Sequence record: MT884006.2
Length of the DNA: 64,000 bases
Strand: one strand, 5' to 3'
Origin: Escherichia phage vb_EcoM_bov9_1
The notes below the pieces were generated by a model, which did no database searches, had not been told where the DNA came from, and worked only from the letters and a program-made list of their open reading frames with translations. Below are positions 28,021 through 38,333 of the stretch, one piece after another; position 1 is the stretch's first letter; each line of letters opens with the position of its first letter. The position numbers were made by a program, and so were the translations under genes.

Positions 28021-28040
28021 AGCCCGAGTTATTAGGCTCT
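28021..28040 (-). promoter_or_regulatory. candidate gp43 translational operator hairpin overlapping the gene 43 leader
   Basis: leader reads (minus strand) ...GAGCCUAAUAACUCGGGCUAUAAACUAAGGAAUAUCUAUG, matching my recollection of the autogenous gp43 operator. Confidence 0.4.
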
Positions 28041-28061
28041 TGATATATTATACTCCAATTA

Positions 28062-28078
28062 AGGGGCCGAAGCCCCTT
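28062..28078 (-). terminator. hairpin with UUCG loop between regA and gene 43
   Basis: ggggc-cgaa-gcccc on the plus strand directly after the regA stop. Confidence 0.5.
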
Positions 28079-28080
28079 GC

Positions 28081-28449
28081 TTAATTACCAATCGTATATT
28101 TAGGAACGAGTTTCCATTCATGTTTTTGTTTAAAAGAAATAACTCGGAAGTTATTAGTTAAATCTTTCATAAAAGTTCTTTGACCAGGAACGATTTCAAT
28201 CAGTCCCCAATCTTCTAATAGCCATGCAATCGAATCACGACGAACTTCATCTTCTTCTGTCATTTCAACTTGGCGACCATCCATACGAAGCATTTCTTTA
28301 AAATGAACGATATAGTATAGTCCTTTTTTCTGAAGAATATGACAGGACTGATACAGAACTTTATCTTTATTATTAGCAATTCCCATACGAGTCAAAGTTT
28401 CTTTTACTTTCAGAAAATCTTCAGGTTTTTTAAGAGTAATTTCAATCAT
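28081..28449 (-). CDS. regA: RegA translational repressor
   Basis: 122-aa ORF; sequence recognisably RegA. Confidence 0.9.
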   Translation of the reverse strand: MIEITLKKPEDFLKVKETLTRMGIANNKDKVLYQSCHILQKKGLYYIVHFKEMLRMDGRQVEMTEEDEVRRDSIAWLLEDWGLIEIVPGQRTFMKDLTNNFRVISFKQKHEWKLVPKYTIGN

Positions 28450-28450
28450 T

Positions 28451-29014
28451 TTACCATTCCAATGCTAGTTTTTTGAGTTGTTTCTGTTCTTTTACGTTCT
28501 TAGTCACTTCTTTCAAAAAATCATCCGTGACTAATCCTTTAAGTTCTTTTAATACTAAAGGTAGTTTTCCATTTTTAGTAAGAATTGATTTATAGTTAAT
28601 TGCATCATTTGTATTAACTTGATACCGCTTAGCAAGTAACTTAATAATCAATACTTCGGTGGAATCTTCAACTAGTTTTGCCCATTTACCATATCTTTTA
28701 CCACGAGGAACTGCAGCCATTAGATAATTAAAATGAGCTTCATCACTTAAGCCTGATCCAATTAAATTCATAGCATATACAGCTGGCATGCACTCTGGAA
28801 ATTGTGATAATGCATTTTCAACCATGAATTTTGAATAATCTTTTTGAGCAATAGAGCATTTAGTTTTATTATTAATAGCTCCAATTATTTCAAAAAATTC
28901 ATTTTCAGCTTTTTCTTTAAAAGAATCAGCAGCGGATTGGACAGCTGTCCAATCTTTTGAATACCAAGCAACTTGATGCTCGTTTAATTGAATATCATCT
29001 TCAAATAAGCTCAT
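28451..29014 (-). CDS. 62: clamp loader subunit gp62
   Basis: track ORF 28451..29035; start set at internal MSLFEDD to give 187 aa as in T4 gp62. Confidence 0.8.
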   Translation of the reverse strand: MSLFEDDIQLNEHQVAWYSKDWTAVQSAADSFKEKAENEFFEIIGAINNKTKCSIAQKDYSKFMVENALSQFPECMPAVYAMNLIGSGLSDEAHFNYLMAAVPRGKRYGKWAKLVEDSTEVLIIKLLAKRYQVNTNDAINYKSILTKNGKLPLVLKELKGLVTDDFLKEVTKNVKEQKQLKKLALEW

Positions 29015-29015
29015 A

Positions 29016-29975
29016 TCACTTCCACTGCATTTCACATGCTAACTGAATGAAAAGATAAACTAGATGCAATTCAGTATTAGCTGCAATACCATGATACTGA
29101 TTATTTTCGCCGACAATTTCGTACATACGAATAATACTCTGTGGAGTTACACGTGAATAGATTTCTTCGGCAAGTTTACCCACGAACCACGAATAATCGG
29201 CTGCATATTTTGGTGCTAAAGCTCTGAGTTGTTTAACATCTTTATTTTTGAGAGACTCAAGAACATCATCAATAGCACCACGATCGTTAGTAACCAGTGA
29301 TAAAATACCAGCATCCAAAACACCTTTAGATGAATAACTATCGAGCTCGCCAATAGTTTTACGAAAATCAGGAAAATTCTTTTTAACCAAAGCTGCTACA
29401 ACTTTCATATCAGCTATAGCAATACCTTCATGTTTACAGATTTCAGTCAATCGACGAATCATCTGCTTCATCATTTCAATTTTATCTTCATCGGTCGGTT
29501 GACCGAATGTGATAACTCGACAGCGTGACTGAAGTGGTTTAATAATACCATCAATATTGTTAGCAGTAATAATAATACTACAGTTTGAACTATAAGCTTC
29601 CATAAATGAACGAAGATGTCGCTGAGACTCTGCTAATCCTGAACGGTCAAATTCATCAATAACGATTACTTTTTGACGACCATCAAATGAAGCTGCACTC
29701 GCAAAATTAGTTAAAGGACCACGAACGAAATCAATTTTACAATCTGATCCATTCACAAACATCATGTCAGCATTTACATCATGGCACAATGCTTTTGCCA
29801 CAGTTGTTTTACCTGTTCCTGGAGAAGGAGAATGAAGAATAATATGTGGAATCTTACCTTTACTTGTAATAGATTTAAAGGTTTCTTTATCAAAGGCGGG
29901 AAGAATACATTCATCGATAGTAGATGGACGATATTTCTGTTCAAGAATGTGTTCTTTTTCATTTACGGTAATCAT
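29016..29975 (-). CDS. 44: clamp loader ATPase gp44 (AAA+)
   Basis: track ORF 29016..29990; Walker [11 protein letters not shown], Walker B VIVIDEFD; start set to give 319 aa. Confidence 0.9.
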   Translation of the reverse strand: MITVNEKEHILEQKYRPSTIDECILPAFDKETFKSITSKGKIPHIILHSPSPGTGKTTVAKALCHDVNADMMFVNGSDCKIDFVRGPLTNFASAASFDGRQKVIVIDEFDRSGLAESQRHLRSFMEAYSSNCSIIITANNIDGIIKPLQSRCRVITFGQPTDEDKIEMMKQMIRRLTEICKHEGIAIADMKVVAALVKKNFPDFRKTIGELDSYSSKGVLDAGILSLVTNDRGAIDDVLESLKNKDVKQLRALAPKYAADYSWFVGKLAEEIYSRVTPQSIIRMYEIVGENNQYHGIAANTELHLVYLFIQLACEMQWK

Positions 29976-30004
29976 AATTTCCTCATTCAAGTTTTAGTGT
30001 AAAT

Positions 30005-30024
30005 TATAAAGGGCCGAAGCCCTC
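30005..30024 (-). terminator. hairpin with UUCG loop downstream of gene 45
   Basis: gggc-cgaa-gccc adjacent to the gene 45 stop. Confidence 0.5.
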
Positions 30025-30026
30025 TA

Positions 30027-30713
30027 TTAAAAATCGTGGGTAGAATCAGCTTCAAGAGCTACTACATAATTCGCGTGTTCACCTTCAAATTTAGCAGCAC
30101 CTTGTTTACCTTTTGCCCAGAGCAGAAGTTTATAATTTCCTGGTTGCATTTTCATATTTGCCATATTGATAATGAAATTAAATGTATTTTCACCATCATA
30201 ATCACCAAGAGTCAAAGAATATTTAACACGGGTCAAAGCAGAATCTTCTACTTTATTAAAACCGTTAATTACGATTTTACCTTCTTTTACCGTGATAGCA
30301 ATTGTATCAATTTGCAGACCACGAGATACACGCAACAGTTGTTGAAGGTCTTCAGCTTTAATTTCAGTAACAACAGATGCTATCGGGAATGGAATTGGTT
30401 TATTAGGAGCAACTACTGTACTCGGATCGGCTGCTGGCCAAAAAATTGTTGAACGAGCATCAGCAATTTTAATATTTCCATCTTCTGACTGGGAAATTTC
30501 TGCATCATCATTAACTAGAGACAGAATACCAAGAAAACCGTTCAAATCGTAAATTGCTACATCAAAATCAATAACGTCAGAAATATTTGCTTCCGCATAA
30601 GTTGTACCATTAACTGCGCGAGTCATAATAAATTGACCGGATTTAAGCATAATACCGGAGTTAATAGTAGCGAAATTTTTCAAAATATTCAGTGTGTCTT
30701 TAGATAATTTCAT
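30027..30713 (-). CDS. 45: sliding clamp gp45
   Basis: 228-aa ORF; size and position match T4 gp45. Confidence 0.9.
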   Translation of the reverse strand: MKLSKDTLNILKNFATINSGIMLKSGQFIMTRAVNGTTYAEANISDVIDFDVAIYDLNGFLGILSLVNDDAEISQSEDGNIKIADARSTIFWPAADPSTVVAPNKPIPFPIASVVTEIKAEDLQQLLRVSRGLQIDTIAITVKEGKIVINGFNKVEDSALTRVKYSLTLGDYDGENTFNFIINMANMKMQPGNYKLLLWAKGKQGAAKFEGEHANYVVALEADSTHDF

Positions 30714-31597
30714 TTCAATTTCCTATTTACGTAATAGTTAGACCAGGACCGTACAGCACCCTGATAAGATTCGTCGTTAAACCCATTAGCTACTGCAATT
30801 TTACGAAATTTATTATAACTCGGTTTTCCGTAAGCATGCCATAAAGATTTTAATTCATCTTCATGTTCAATCCAAGTTCCTCTAGCTTTAGATTTTCTAA
30901 ATTTTGATTTGAATTCCGGTAAATTATTTCTAACAGTTGCTTGAATTGAAGCTCTCTGTCTTCTTTCAGCATTATTCCATAATTCTTTTTGAGATTTAGA
31001 AATTTTTGATCTTACACTTTCTGAACTCATTATATCACTAAACTTTTTAGCATAACTACAATCAAGATATTTCAATTTCATCTTATTTGAAAGTTTAAGC
31101 TTTTTCTCATCGGTCCAGTGATTCTTCATTGAATTAGATATTTTGTATTTTACGTCAGAACTATGTTTGTAACCTTTACGAATACCAACATAATCGGGCG
31201 TAATTTCAGATTGCGAAAGCTTTACAATTTTTCCAGTTAAAACATTTTTATATGTTCCATATCCTTTAGCGCCAATTAAAGTATTTTCATCTGCGTATGC
31301 TTTATTAAAATATTTTATATTACTTTTTGCTTTAACTTTTAATTGAAAAAATCTTTCCAATTTTCTTGGATCTAATATAGTTTCAGCTAAAATTTTGACG
31401 GTGTATTTAGTGGTTTTAATAAGCTCAAAATATTCATCACTATAACTCGATGACACGCTTCCAGTATAAATCTTTCCAGCTGAATCAATTATATTTGTTC
31501 CATCGAAAATTGCGTTAATTTTTGAACCTATATAATAACACGGAAAAATATTTTTAGCTTCCCGCTCTGGAAAGCTAATAAGATATACTAAATTCAT
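30710..31597 (-). CDS. Seg-like GIY-YIG homing endonuclease (free-standing)
   Basis: 295-aa ORF; N-terminus [22 protein letters not shown] resembles the GIY...YIG motif pair of Seg/I-TevI enzymes; Lys-rich C-terminal half with repeated short basic modules; inserted between 45 and rpbA. Confidence 0.55.
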   Translation of the reverse strand: MNLVYLISFPEREAKNIFPCYYIGSKINAIFDGTNIIDSAGKIYTGSVSSSYSDEYFELIKTTKYTVKILAETILDPRKLERFFQLKVKAKSNIKYFNKAYADENTLIGAKGYGTYKNVLTGKIVKLSQSEITPDYVGIRKGYKHSSDVKYKISNSMKNHWTDEKKLKLSNKMKLKYLDCSYAKKFSDIMSSESVRSKISKSQKELWNNAERRQRASIQATVRNNLPEFKSKFRKSKARGTWIEHEDELKSLWHAYGKPSYNKFRKIAVANGFNDESYQGAVRSWSNYYVNRKLK

Positions 31598-31983
31598 TTA
31601 TTAAACTCGGCCGCAATTGTTTCCGCAACAATTTGAGCAGCAACAATTAGACGTTCATCTGCGTTACCGCAATAATCATCTTCAAGGCGTTCACCACATG
31701 AAGTCATAATAAATTTAGCACCGGCGTTTAGGGATTCTGCAGTATGTTTGCGCATTAGTTCAATCCATTTATTACTTACTTCACGATCGATAGCTTCATA
31801 ATACGCATGACGAGCAGGTGCAGATTTAATTTTGTTCTGAATAACTTCCATTGCGTTATCAGAAAGAGACAAAACCCATGCTCGACGAATTTTATTTTGG
31901 TTTTGTGGATTTGATTCAGAACGCACGTGTTTTGGCTGAATATCTTTTACATCAACAGTATAATTCACAGTAATTTTAGTCAT
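31594..31983 (-). CDS. rpbA: RNA polymerase binding protein RpbA
   Basis: 129-aa ORF; size and position match T4 rpbA. Confidence 0.75.
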   Translation of the reverse strand: MTKITVNYTVDVKDIQPKHVRSESNPQNQNKIRRAWVLSLSDNAMEVIQNKIKSAPARHAYYEAIDREVSNKWIELMRKHTAESLNAGAKFIMTSCGERLEDDYCGNADERLIVAAQIVAETIAAEFNK

Positions 31984-31992
31984 AATACACCT

Positions 31993-32181
31993 TTAGTCAT
32001 AATAATCAGTAACAGTCCAAGCTTCATTTCTATTGGACATTATTTTTGTATATTCTGCTTTAAATGCATTCCTAAGCATAGATTCAGTAACTATATGCTC
32101 TTCATTAGAAAAATTATTTCTCAGAATATATCGTTTTATTTCAGGAATAGTTAATAGATGCTGTCCAGTTGAATATTCCAT
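31993..32181 (-). CDS. hypothetical protein (45.2 position)
   Basis: 62-aa ORF. Confidence 0.5.
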   Translation of the reverse strand: MEYSTGQHLLTIPEIKRYILRNNFSNEEHIVTESMLRNAFKAEYTKIMSNRNEAWTVTDYYD

Positions 32182-32236
32182 GTTTTTCCTCCACAGAGAT
32201 TATACTCTAATAAATTAAAGCATAATCTCTTATAAA

Positions 32237-33919
32237 TTAAACCATTACAGTAAATCGACCAACTTTCTTCATTTGAAGATGTTGACCGTATGCTTGTGGG
32301 TCATGGTCTCTATGCGAAATAACAAAAACATTAGTATTTTTTAAACTATCTAAAATAGTTGAAATAGCTTTTACACCTTCAACGTCGGTCGCTGAATCAA
32401 AAACTTCATCAAGAATTAGTGTGTTTATTTTAACACCTGAAACTTTTTCAGCAATATCACGCCAAGTAAATAAAAGAGCAATATCAATTCGTGCTTTTTC
32501 ACCTTGACTGAATGAAGCATAACTAAAATCTTCACGACCACGGGATTTAATTGTCTCATTAAATTCTTCATCTAATGTAAACACATAATCTGCTTCCATT
32601 ATTTTAAGATAATGGTTAATCTGCTTATTAAATAATGGAATGTACTTTTTAATAATAGCACCTTTAATACCAGAATCTTTGAGCATATCAGTCAAAATTC
32701 CTCGGTGGTATTTTTCCATTACTAAATTAGTTTTTGTCTTAACAATTTTATCAAGTTCTTCTTGAAGCAGTGCTATTTCATCAGCATGGTCAATAAACTC
32801 AGAAGATGCTTTTTCTATAGCCGCTTTAACTTTTTTAGCTTTATCTACCGTCGTGATTAGAGATTGCTTTTTATTGCGAATATCATTTGCCAACGACTGT
32901 TGGGTTTTAATATTATCTCGGTATTCATCAACAAGAACTTTTAAATTATCACGATGTGTTGAAAGCTGTTCAAACGAATGCGTACATTCAGAAACTTTAT
33001 CTTTAATTTTAGAAACAACTTTATCACCGGAACTTAATTGTGACAAGCAGGTTGGACATAATCCACCTTCGTGATACATATTAATGACTTTATTATACGA
33101 GTCAATTTTTGATTTAATTAAAACTGCTTCTTGACCGATTTTATTAAATGCATCAGTCGGGTCTTCATCTAAAACAATATTAACTAATCTTTCATTAGCT
33201 TCTTCTATTTCCGATTTTAGCGTTCTAGCTTCTTTTGCCAAATCATCATACATATTTTGCAGACGAGTAAGGTTGTCACCCGTTAATTTTTTCTGGCGTT
33301 CAACGTTATCATTATATATTTTAATTTGTTGGATAATACTATCTTTTTTAACATCAAGCACTTGGTTTTGTGAATTTAATTCACGTATTAGTGCTTTATT
33401 AAGCTTATCCATTTCAGCTAATGTTCCTACCTCGAGCAGGTCTTCCACGAGCTTTCTTCGCGCAGGGGTCGACAAACCCATGAAAGGGGTATACCCTGCT
33501 GTACCAAGGACAACAATCTGCTTGAAACTGGCATATGACATTCCGATAAGCTGTTCAAATTCTGCTTGGAAATCTTTACTGCTGGCAGATTCATTAAGAC
33601 GTGTACCGTTAACGGTGATTTCGAAAACGTTTGGTTTTTGTCCTCTTTTGATATAGTACTTTTTCTCATCATATTCCATCCACAGTTCAACTAAAAGTTC
33701 TTTCTTATTTGTGCTGTTTATTAATTGACCTTTCTTTACATCACGAAATGGTTTGCCAAAAAGCCCAAATGTGATGGCTTCTAACATAGTAGACTTACCA
33801 CCGCCATTTCGGCCAGTAATAAGAGTTTTTTGAACCTTATCTAGTTGAATGTCAATAGGATTTCCACCTACTGACATTATATTTTGATACCTAACTCGGT
33901 TTAGTTTAAAATTCTTCAC
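32237..33919 (-). CDS. 46: recombination nuclease subunit gp46 (SbcC/Rad50-like ATPase)
   Basis: 560-aa ORF; Walker A GRNGGGKST, central coiled coil with CPTC zinc hook, C-terminal signature and D-loop LILDEVFD. Confidence 0.9.
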   Translation of the reverse strand: MKNFKLNRVRYQNIMSVGGNPIDIQLDKVQKTLITGRNGGGKSTMLEAITFGLFGKPFRDVKKGQLINSTNKKELLVELWMEYDEKKYYIKRGQKPNVFEITVNGTRLNESASSKDFQAEFEQLIGMSYASFKQIVVLGTAGYTPFMGLSTPARRKLVEDLLEVGTLAEMDKLNKALIRELNSQNQVLDVKKDSIIQQIKIYNDNVERQKKLTGDNLTRLQNMYDDLAKEARTLKSEIEEANERLVNIVLDEDPTDAFNKIGQEAVLIKSKIDSYNKVINMYHEGGLCPTCLSQLSSGDKVVSKIKDKVSECTHSFEQLSTHRDNLKVLVDEYRDNIKTQQSLANDIRNKKQSLITTVDKAKKVKAAIEKASSEFIDHADEIALLQEELDKIVKTKTNLVMEKYHRGILTDMLKDSGIKGAIIKKYIPLFNKQINHYLKIMEADYVFTLDEEFNETIKSRGREDFSYASFSQGEKARIDIALLFTWRDIAEKVSGVKINTLILDEVFDSATDVEGVKAISTILDSLKNTNVFVISHRDHDPQAYGQHLQMKKVGRFTVMV

Positions 33920-34179
33920 AAAAGATTCCTTTTAATGTATCTTTTAGACCATTCTATCATATCATCATAATCTAAAAAGTATTCATCAAATTCAGCCATG
34001 CAAACAACACCTTGTGCTGCTTTTGATGTGATATAAATTATTCCAACATATCTAGAATCTTCTTCGGTATAATCAATATTTGCTATGAATTCATCATTAA
34101 TGTCAAATGTCGAAAACTTCACAGTATGCATCCTTAATACAAGATACAGCCATATCTCGTAATGATTTAGGTGTGTCAT
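33916..34179 (-). CDS. hypothetical protein (46.1 position)
   Basis: 87-aa ORF. Confidence 0.45.
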   Translation of the reverse strand: MTHLNHYEIWLYLVLRMHTVKFSTFDINDEFIANIDYTEEDSRYVGIIYITSKAAQGVVCMAEFDEYFLDYDDMIEWSKRYIKRNLL

Positions 34180-34366
34180 TATCTAAAATGTTGAAGTTAA
34201 AAGATACAGCCCAGTCAGTACAGACTGTAACCTTTTTAATACAATTATCTTCAACCTCTAACGGTTCAAACCAATATTCAATAATTTCTTTATGCCCAAT
34301 ATCATCTTTTACTTCGCATTCAAAATGCTGACTCATCATAACATTTTTAAATTCATCAAAAGTCAT
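34103..34366 (-). CDS. hypothetical protein (46.2 position)
   Basis: 87-aa ORF. Confidence 0.45.
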   Translation of the reverse strand: MTFDEFKNVMMSQHFECEVKDDIGHKEIIEYWFEPLEVEDNCIKKVTVCTDWAVSFNFNILDNDTPKSLRDMAVSCIKDAYCEVFDI

Positions 34367-35382
34367 TGTGTTGCCTCTACATATAGCTGGTTTGCATATT
34401 GAATAAGTGCTTCACGGTCAGAATCAGTGATGTCTGGAATTGCATTAATGTATTCTTCCATCAACGTCTGAAGAGATTGAACTTCAACTTCTTCACTGTC
34501 ATCTGACTCGACAGAGTTATCAATTTTTGACACAACTCGTAATGAATGCACAACTTTTTCTAGTTCAGATTCGAACTTCGTTAGATTTTTGTCTACTTCA
34601 GTTACTATAACACGTACTGATAGATTTGTAAAATCTTTATAGTCAATTTTTCCTTTAAATGGATAATGAATTCTACGATGCCAGGTAGTGTTGTTTGGAA
34701 TAAATTCCATTCGTTCTGTTTCTGTATCAAACATCCAGAACCCACGAGGGTCATTCTCGTCACCTGCAGTTAGTGTCCATGGTGTCCCAATATATCTGAC
34801 GTTAGCAGCCTCAGAGATAGTATGGAAGTGACCAGACCACACTTCTTTATAAGTCTTAAGGAAATCAGGTTCAAGACCATGAGATTTCATTCCTTTATAA
34901 AAATAAAATCCATTCAGCTCCCAGTGACCAACACAAAAAGAAGCAGAAGAAGTTTTGATGTGCTCAAGAATTTCACCAGTATTTTCTTCACACATCCAAG
35001 GAATTAAATCAATTAAACATCCGTCAAAATCTACTGTTGTAGGCTTATCATATACTTTAACATTGGGATATTTAGCCAAAAGCTCAGTAGAAGCATTTGG
35101 ATGCATTACATTTTTGTAGTGGAGATCGTGATTTCCTACAATAGTATGTAATGTGATTCCAGCATCATCAAGCATTTGAACTATTTCGCGAGCAAACTCC
35201 ATAGTTTTATGCGTGATTGCTTTTCGCACATCAAAAATATCGCCGTATTGAATCCATACAGTAATTCCATTTTTCTTAGAATATTCTATTGCTTGTTTAA
35301 TTCCATCAATTTGAATACCGCGAATCCACTCATCATCAGCTTTAACGCCTAAATGCCAATCACCTAAATTTAAAATTTTCAT
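34363..35382 (-). CDS. 47: recombination nuclease subunit gp47 (SbcD/Mre11-like phosphoesterase)
   Basis: 339-aa ORF; calcineurin-like motifs (GDWHLG, GDIFD, GNHD, GHxH). Confidence 0.9.
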   Translation of the reverse strand: MKILNLGDWHLGVKADDEWIRGIQIDGIKQAIEYSKKNGITVWIQYGDIFDVRKAITHKTMEFAREIVQMLDDAGITLHTIVGNHDLHYKNVMHPNASTELLAKYPNVKVYDKPTTVDFDGCLIDLIPWMCEENTGEILEHIKTSSASFCVGHWELNGFYFYKGMKSHGLEPDFLKTYKEVWSGHFHTISEAANVRYIGTPWTLTAGDENDPRGFWMFDTETERMEFIPNNTTWHRRIHYPFKGKIDYKDFTNLSVRVIVTEVDKNLTKFESELEKVVHSLRVVSKIDNSVESDDSEEVEVQSLQTLMEEYINAIPDITDSDREALIQYANQLYVEATQ

Positions 35383-35519
35383 ATATCAAGAACCGTCATT
35401 GAAATGCAAAATAAAATTATTGAAATAAATCCATCTGGAGTGCTAAAGAACCCAATCCAACATGCTCTAGTGAATAGATAAAATGCAAGAAAAAGTATCA
35501 CATATCCAAGAAATATCAT
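35379..35519 (-). CDS. small hydrophobic protein (47.1 position)
   Basis: 46-aa ORF not in the track; stop overlaps the gene 47 start (ATGA); GGAG SD upstream; coordinates hand-derived. Confidence 0.3.
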   Translation of the reverse strand: MIFLGYVILFLAFYLFTRACWIGFFSTPDGFISIILFCISMTVLDI

Positions 35520-35542
35520 TATATCAAACTCCGTATAAAGCT

Positions 35543-35561
35543 AAAGGGCCGAAGCCCTTTA
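35543..35561 (-). terminator. hairpin with UUCG loop at the a-gt stop
   Basis: aaagggc-cgaa-gcccttt. Confidence 0.5.
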
Positions 35562-36761
35562 TTTTGTAATAATGTCAAACTGTTCTTTAAAGCAGAAGCT
35601 TGAATCTTGATGCTGATACAAAAATTCATACGCTTTTTCTCGCTCACGGTCATAAAGAGCTCGGTCAGATGACAGTTCTTTAATACGTTCAAACGTTGAT
35701 TCCATATCATTTTCATCAAACCAAACGATACCGCTATCATGCGAGGTCAAAGGAGTATTATCAACACGGAATTTTAAATTTTCGCCAGTAGATTTCCAGA
35801 AAACAGGAATTGTTCCACATGCACCAAGCTCGAGATGAGTATATTCTAAAGAACGTTGTAGATATTTTTTATCCAACTTACTCAACTGATAACCAAAACC
35901 GGATTTACTCATACGTTCAAGCATTTCGCTATTTACATAACGGTCAAGAATTTGCGTTGGCAAATTAGGAGCAATTTTAATTTGGTCTACTTGATGAAGA
36001 CGATAATACTCGTATGGAATTCCTTTTTCTTTAATAGGAATGAACGCTGGAGAACGTTCCAGACCTTCCATAATAGTACTTAGTCCTGCAGGTTTAAGAT
36101 GTTTTTCATGAAAATCAAACATCTGATAAAAACCTTTCCATGTAGTCGTACGACCAATCCAACGGTTGATATTCATGTTAATTTCAGAAACATCTTTCCA
36201 GTAGGTTGACCGAACCTTCGCAATATCCATAGGAGGCTGAAAGTTATATACCGTCGGTGCTTCTTCAATATCATCAAACAGAGAAACAGTTTCTGGATAC
36301 CACTCTTTCATCAGAACTTTATTAAAATCACCATTATCAGAATGGCTAAAAATAACATCAGCTCGACGAACAGTTTCTTCTAATCCCAAATTTCGACGCA
36401 AAGAAAGAGAAGAATGGTCATGTTGATAAACTACAACACGAACAGAAGGTTTAATGTTATCAATAATTTTTTTATAGTTATTAATAGTGTCTTCTTCAAC
36501 TGAAGTAGCAGGAACTGAATTGATAATTAGAATATCACAATCATTTACCAGCTTAAGTGTTTTATCGTATTCTTTTGCCAATAAAACCGGAATTGAAAAT
36601 GATTTATAATCATGTGCACAGTTACGTGTAAATGATTTATCTTTAGCATAAACCAAAGTTACTTCATGACCATTTTTAATAAACCAATCACGTTGCTCAA
36701 GAGAAAATTTAGTTACACCACAACCTTCAAGACCTCGAGCCATAAAAATACATACTTTCAT
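35559..36761 (-). CDS. a-gt: DNA alpha-glucosyltransferase
   Basis: 400-aa ORF; N-terminus CIFMARGLEGCGVTKFSLEQRDWFIKNGHEVTLVYAKDKSF recognisable as T4 AGT; size identical. Confidence 0.9.
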   Translation of the reverse strand: MKVCIFMARGLEGCGVTKFSLEQRDWFIKNGHEVTLVYAKDKSFTRNCAHDYKSFSIPVLLAKEYDKTLKLVNDCDILIINSVPATSVEEDTINNYKKIIDNIKPSVRVVVYQHDHSSLSLRRNLGLEETVRRADVIFSHSDNGDFNKVLMKEWYPETVSLFDDIEEAPTVYNFQPPMDIAKVRSTYWKDVSEINMNINRWIGRTTTWKGFYQMFDFHEKHLKPAGLSTIMEGLERSPAFIPIKEKGIPYEYYRLHQVDQIKIAPNLPTQILDRYVNSEMLERMSKSGFGYQLSKLDKKYLQRSLEYTHLELGACGTIPVFWKSTGENLKFRVDNTPLTSHDSGIVWFDENDMESTFERIKELSSDRALYDREREKAYEFLYQHQDSSFCFKEQFDIITK

Positions 36762-36810
36762 TTAATATCCTCATTGTTTTGGTTTATTTTACCAAAAATT
36801 TATAAAGCAA

Positions 36811-36830
36811 TATAGGAGCCGAAGCTCCTA
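36811..36830 (-). terminator. hairpin with UUCG loop
   Basis: ggagc-cgaa-gctcc. Confidence 0.4.
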
Positions 36831-37001
36831 TCCGCATAATACGCCATACAAAGGCTCATTAGAGCTTCTAAATTTTATGCGCTTATATGTTATAGTTCCT
36901 TCTGCTTTAGCTTTATCATGAGACTCTTTAAAGCGTCTCATCATTTCCTCTTTAGAGGAACGAATTTTATTATAATCTATTTCAGAAGTCTGGGTGTTCA
37001 T
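36828..37001 (-). CDS. small hypothetical protein
   Basis: 57-aa ORF not in the track; coordinates hand-derived. Confidence 0.3.
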   Translation of the reverse strand: MNTQTSEIDYNKIRSSKEEMMRRFKESHDKAKAEGTITYKRIKFRSSNEPLYGVLCG

Positions 37002-37004
37002 CTT

Positions 37005-37211
37005 TCATAATTGCCACCATTTTTTGACTTGATAAGAATCAACCCACACTTTCATATTAGGGTCTGCTCTTACAATAGGAGGATTAACTTCTTTAATTGA
37101 ACTATCATGGTATTCTTTTTCAGAAATTTTCACACAAAGATGACCATTCAAAGATTCAGTAAATCCTGCATTAATTTTAAGACGCTTGAATTTTACGTGT
37201 GTAAGCATCAA
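37005..37211 (-). CDS. hypothetical protein
   Basis: 68-aa ORF. Confidence 0.45.
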   Translation of the reverse strand: MMLTHVKFKRLKINAGFTESLNGHLCVKISEKEYHDSSIKEVNPPIVRADPNMKVWVDSYQVKKWWQL

Positions 37212-37494
37212 TCATATCCTCAATTTGCGATCTAGTAGTCTTCCAAAGAATACTGATGAGTTCATCGTTATATGGCTGTTTTAGAATATCCCGACTTTTC
37301 TTGATAGCATATTCGTATTGAGCAAAATTATTGTTTTCAGCTGCGATCTGAGCGTGCTTATAAAGACGATTCAGTTCGCGTTTGTTTTTAGACAATAACT
37401 TATTTGCTTTTCTTTCTGCTTCAAGACGGTTCTTTTCTTCAATAGAAGAAATAAGCTTTTCCACTTCATCATTAATTTCGGGTTTATCAGTCAT
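37177..37494 (-). CDS. hypothetical protein
   Basis: 105-aa ORF; start probably internal because of the overlap. Confidence 0.45.
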   Translation of the reverse strand: MTDKPEINDEVEKLISSIEEKNRLEAERKANKLLSKNKRELNRLYKHAQIAAENNNFAQYEYAIKKSRDILKQPYNDELISILWKTTRSQIEDMIDAYTRKIQAS

Positions 37495-37495
37495 A

Positions 37496-37714
37496 TTATT
37501 TCTCTAATATAAAATAAAAATCATCATCTGTTAAATGATACCTGTAATTTAATTCTACACCATTAGATTTAAAAGCGGTATCATACGGATTTTCTGGATC
37601 AATATCAATGTCAAGAGCTAAAACTTCCCTAAGATACATTTTAAGTAAATAGGGAATAGCTTCAACTTCAGGTATTTCTTCCAAGAATCCGGAGAGGTTA
37701 ATCGTTAGCCTCAT
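37496..37714 (-). CDS. hypothetical protein
   Basis: 72-aa ORF. Confidence 0.45.
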
Positions 37715-38261
37715 ATAAAAAATCCAAACTAGGAGAATCGTCTACAACACTTTTCTTTTCAGCCCCCGGTGTTCTATAGGTTGATTCTTCGTAATGCGTC
37801 ATTTTATCATAGATGTCTTGAATAAAAGTTTCATCTACTAACGCAACCATATCGTCGTCACGGCTGTCATAGACATTGTGAACGAAGTAACTATATTTCT
37901 TTGCAACTTCCTTACGTTCTTTTTTAATACGTTGGACGAATGCATTAAAACAAGCTTGAGTTATATATGCATGTGGGTTTTTATATTTCGTTTCATCAAA
38001 ATTGTGAAGCCCCTTAATAGAAGCTTCTATACCATCTGCAATCATTTCTTGTTTCCAAGACTGGGTGTATCCTGAAAAGTTGAAACGTTTAGATAAGCCT
38101 TCTGCAATAAGCATAATGGCTAATCCGATAGTATCATTCTGACGAACTACTTTATTTGGGTCTTTATTATTTGCTAATTCTGTTTTCCAATCAATAATAG
38201 CTTGTAAAAGCTCTTTATTGTTTACGTAATTATATTTAGGCTTAGTTTCTGACATTTTCAC
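37698..38261 (-). CDS. 55: late-transcription sigma factor gp55
   Basis: 187-aa ORF; size and position match T4 gp55; sigma region-2-like segment. Confidence 0.85.
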
Positions 38262-38333
38262 CTCTTAGCTCAATTCATAGATCTATTATATCATAATATT
38301 TGAAGATCTATCTTAAAGCATAGAGGATATCAG

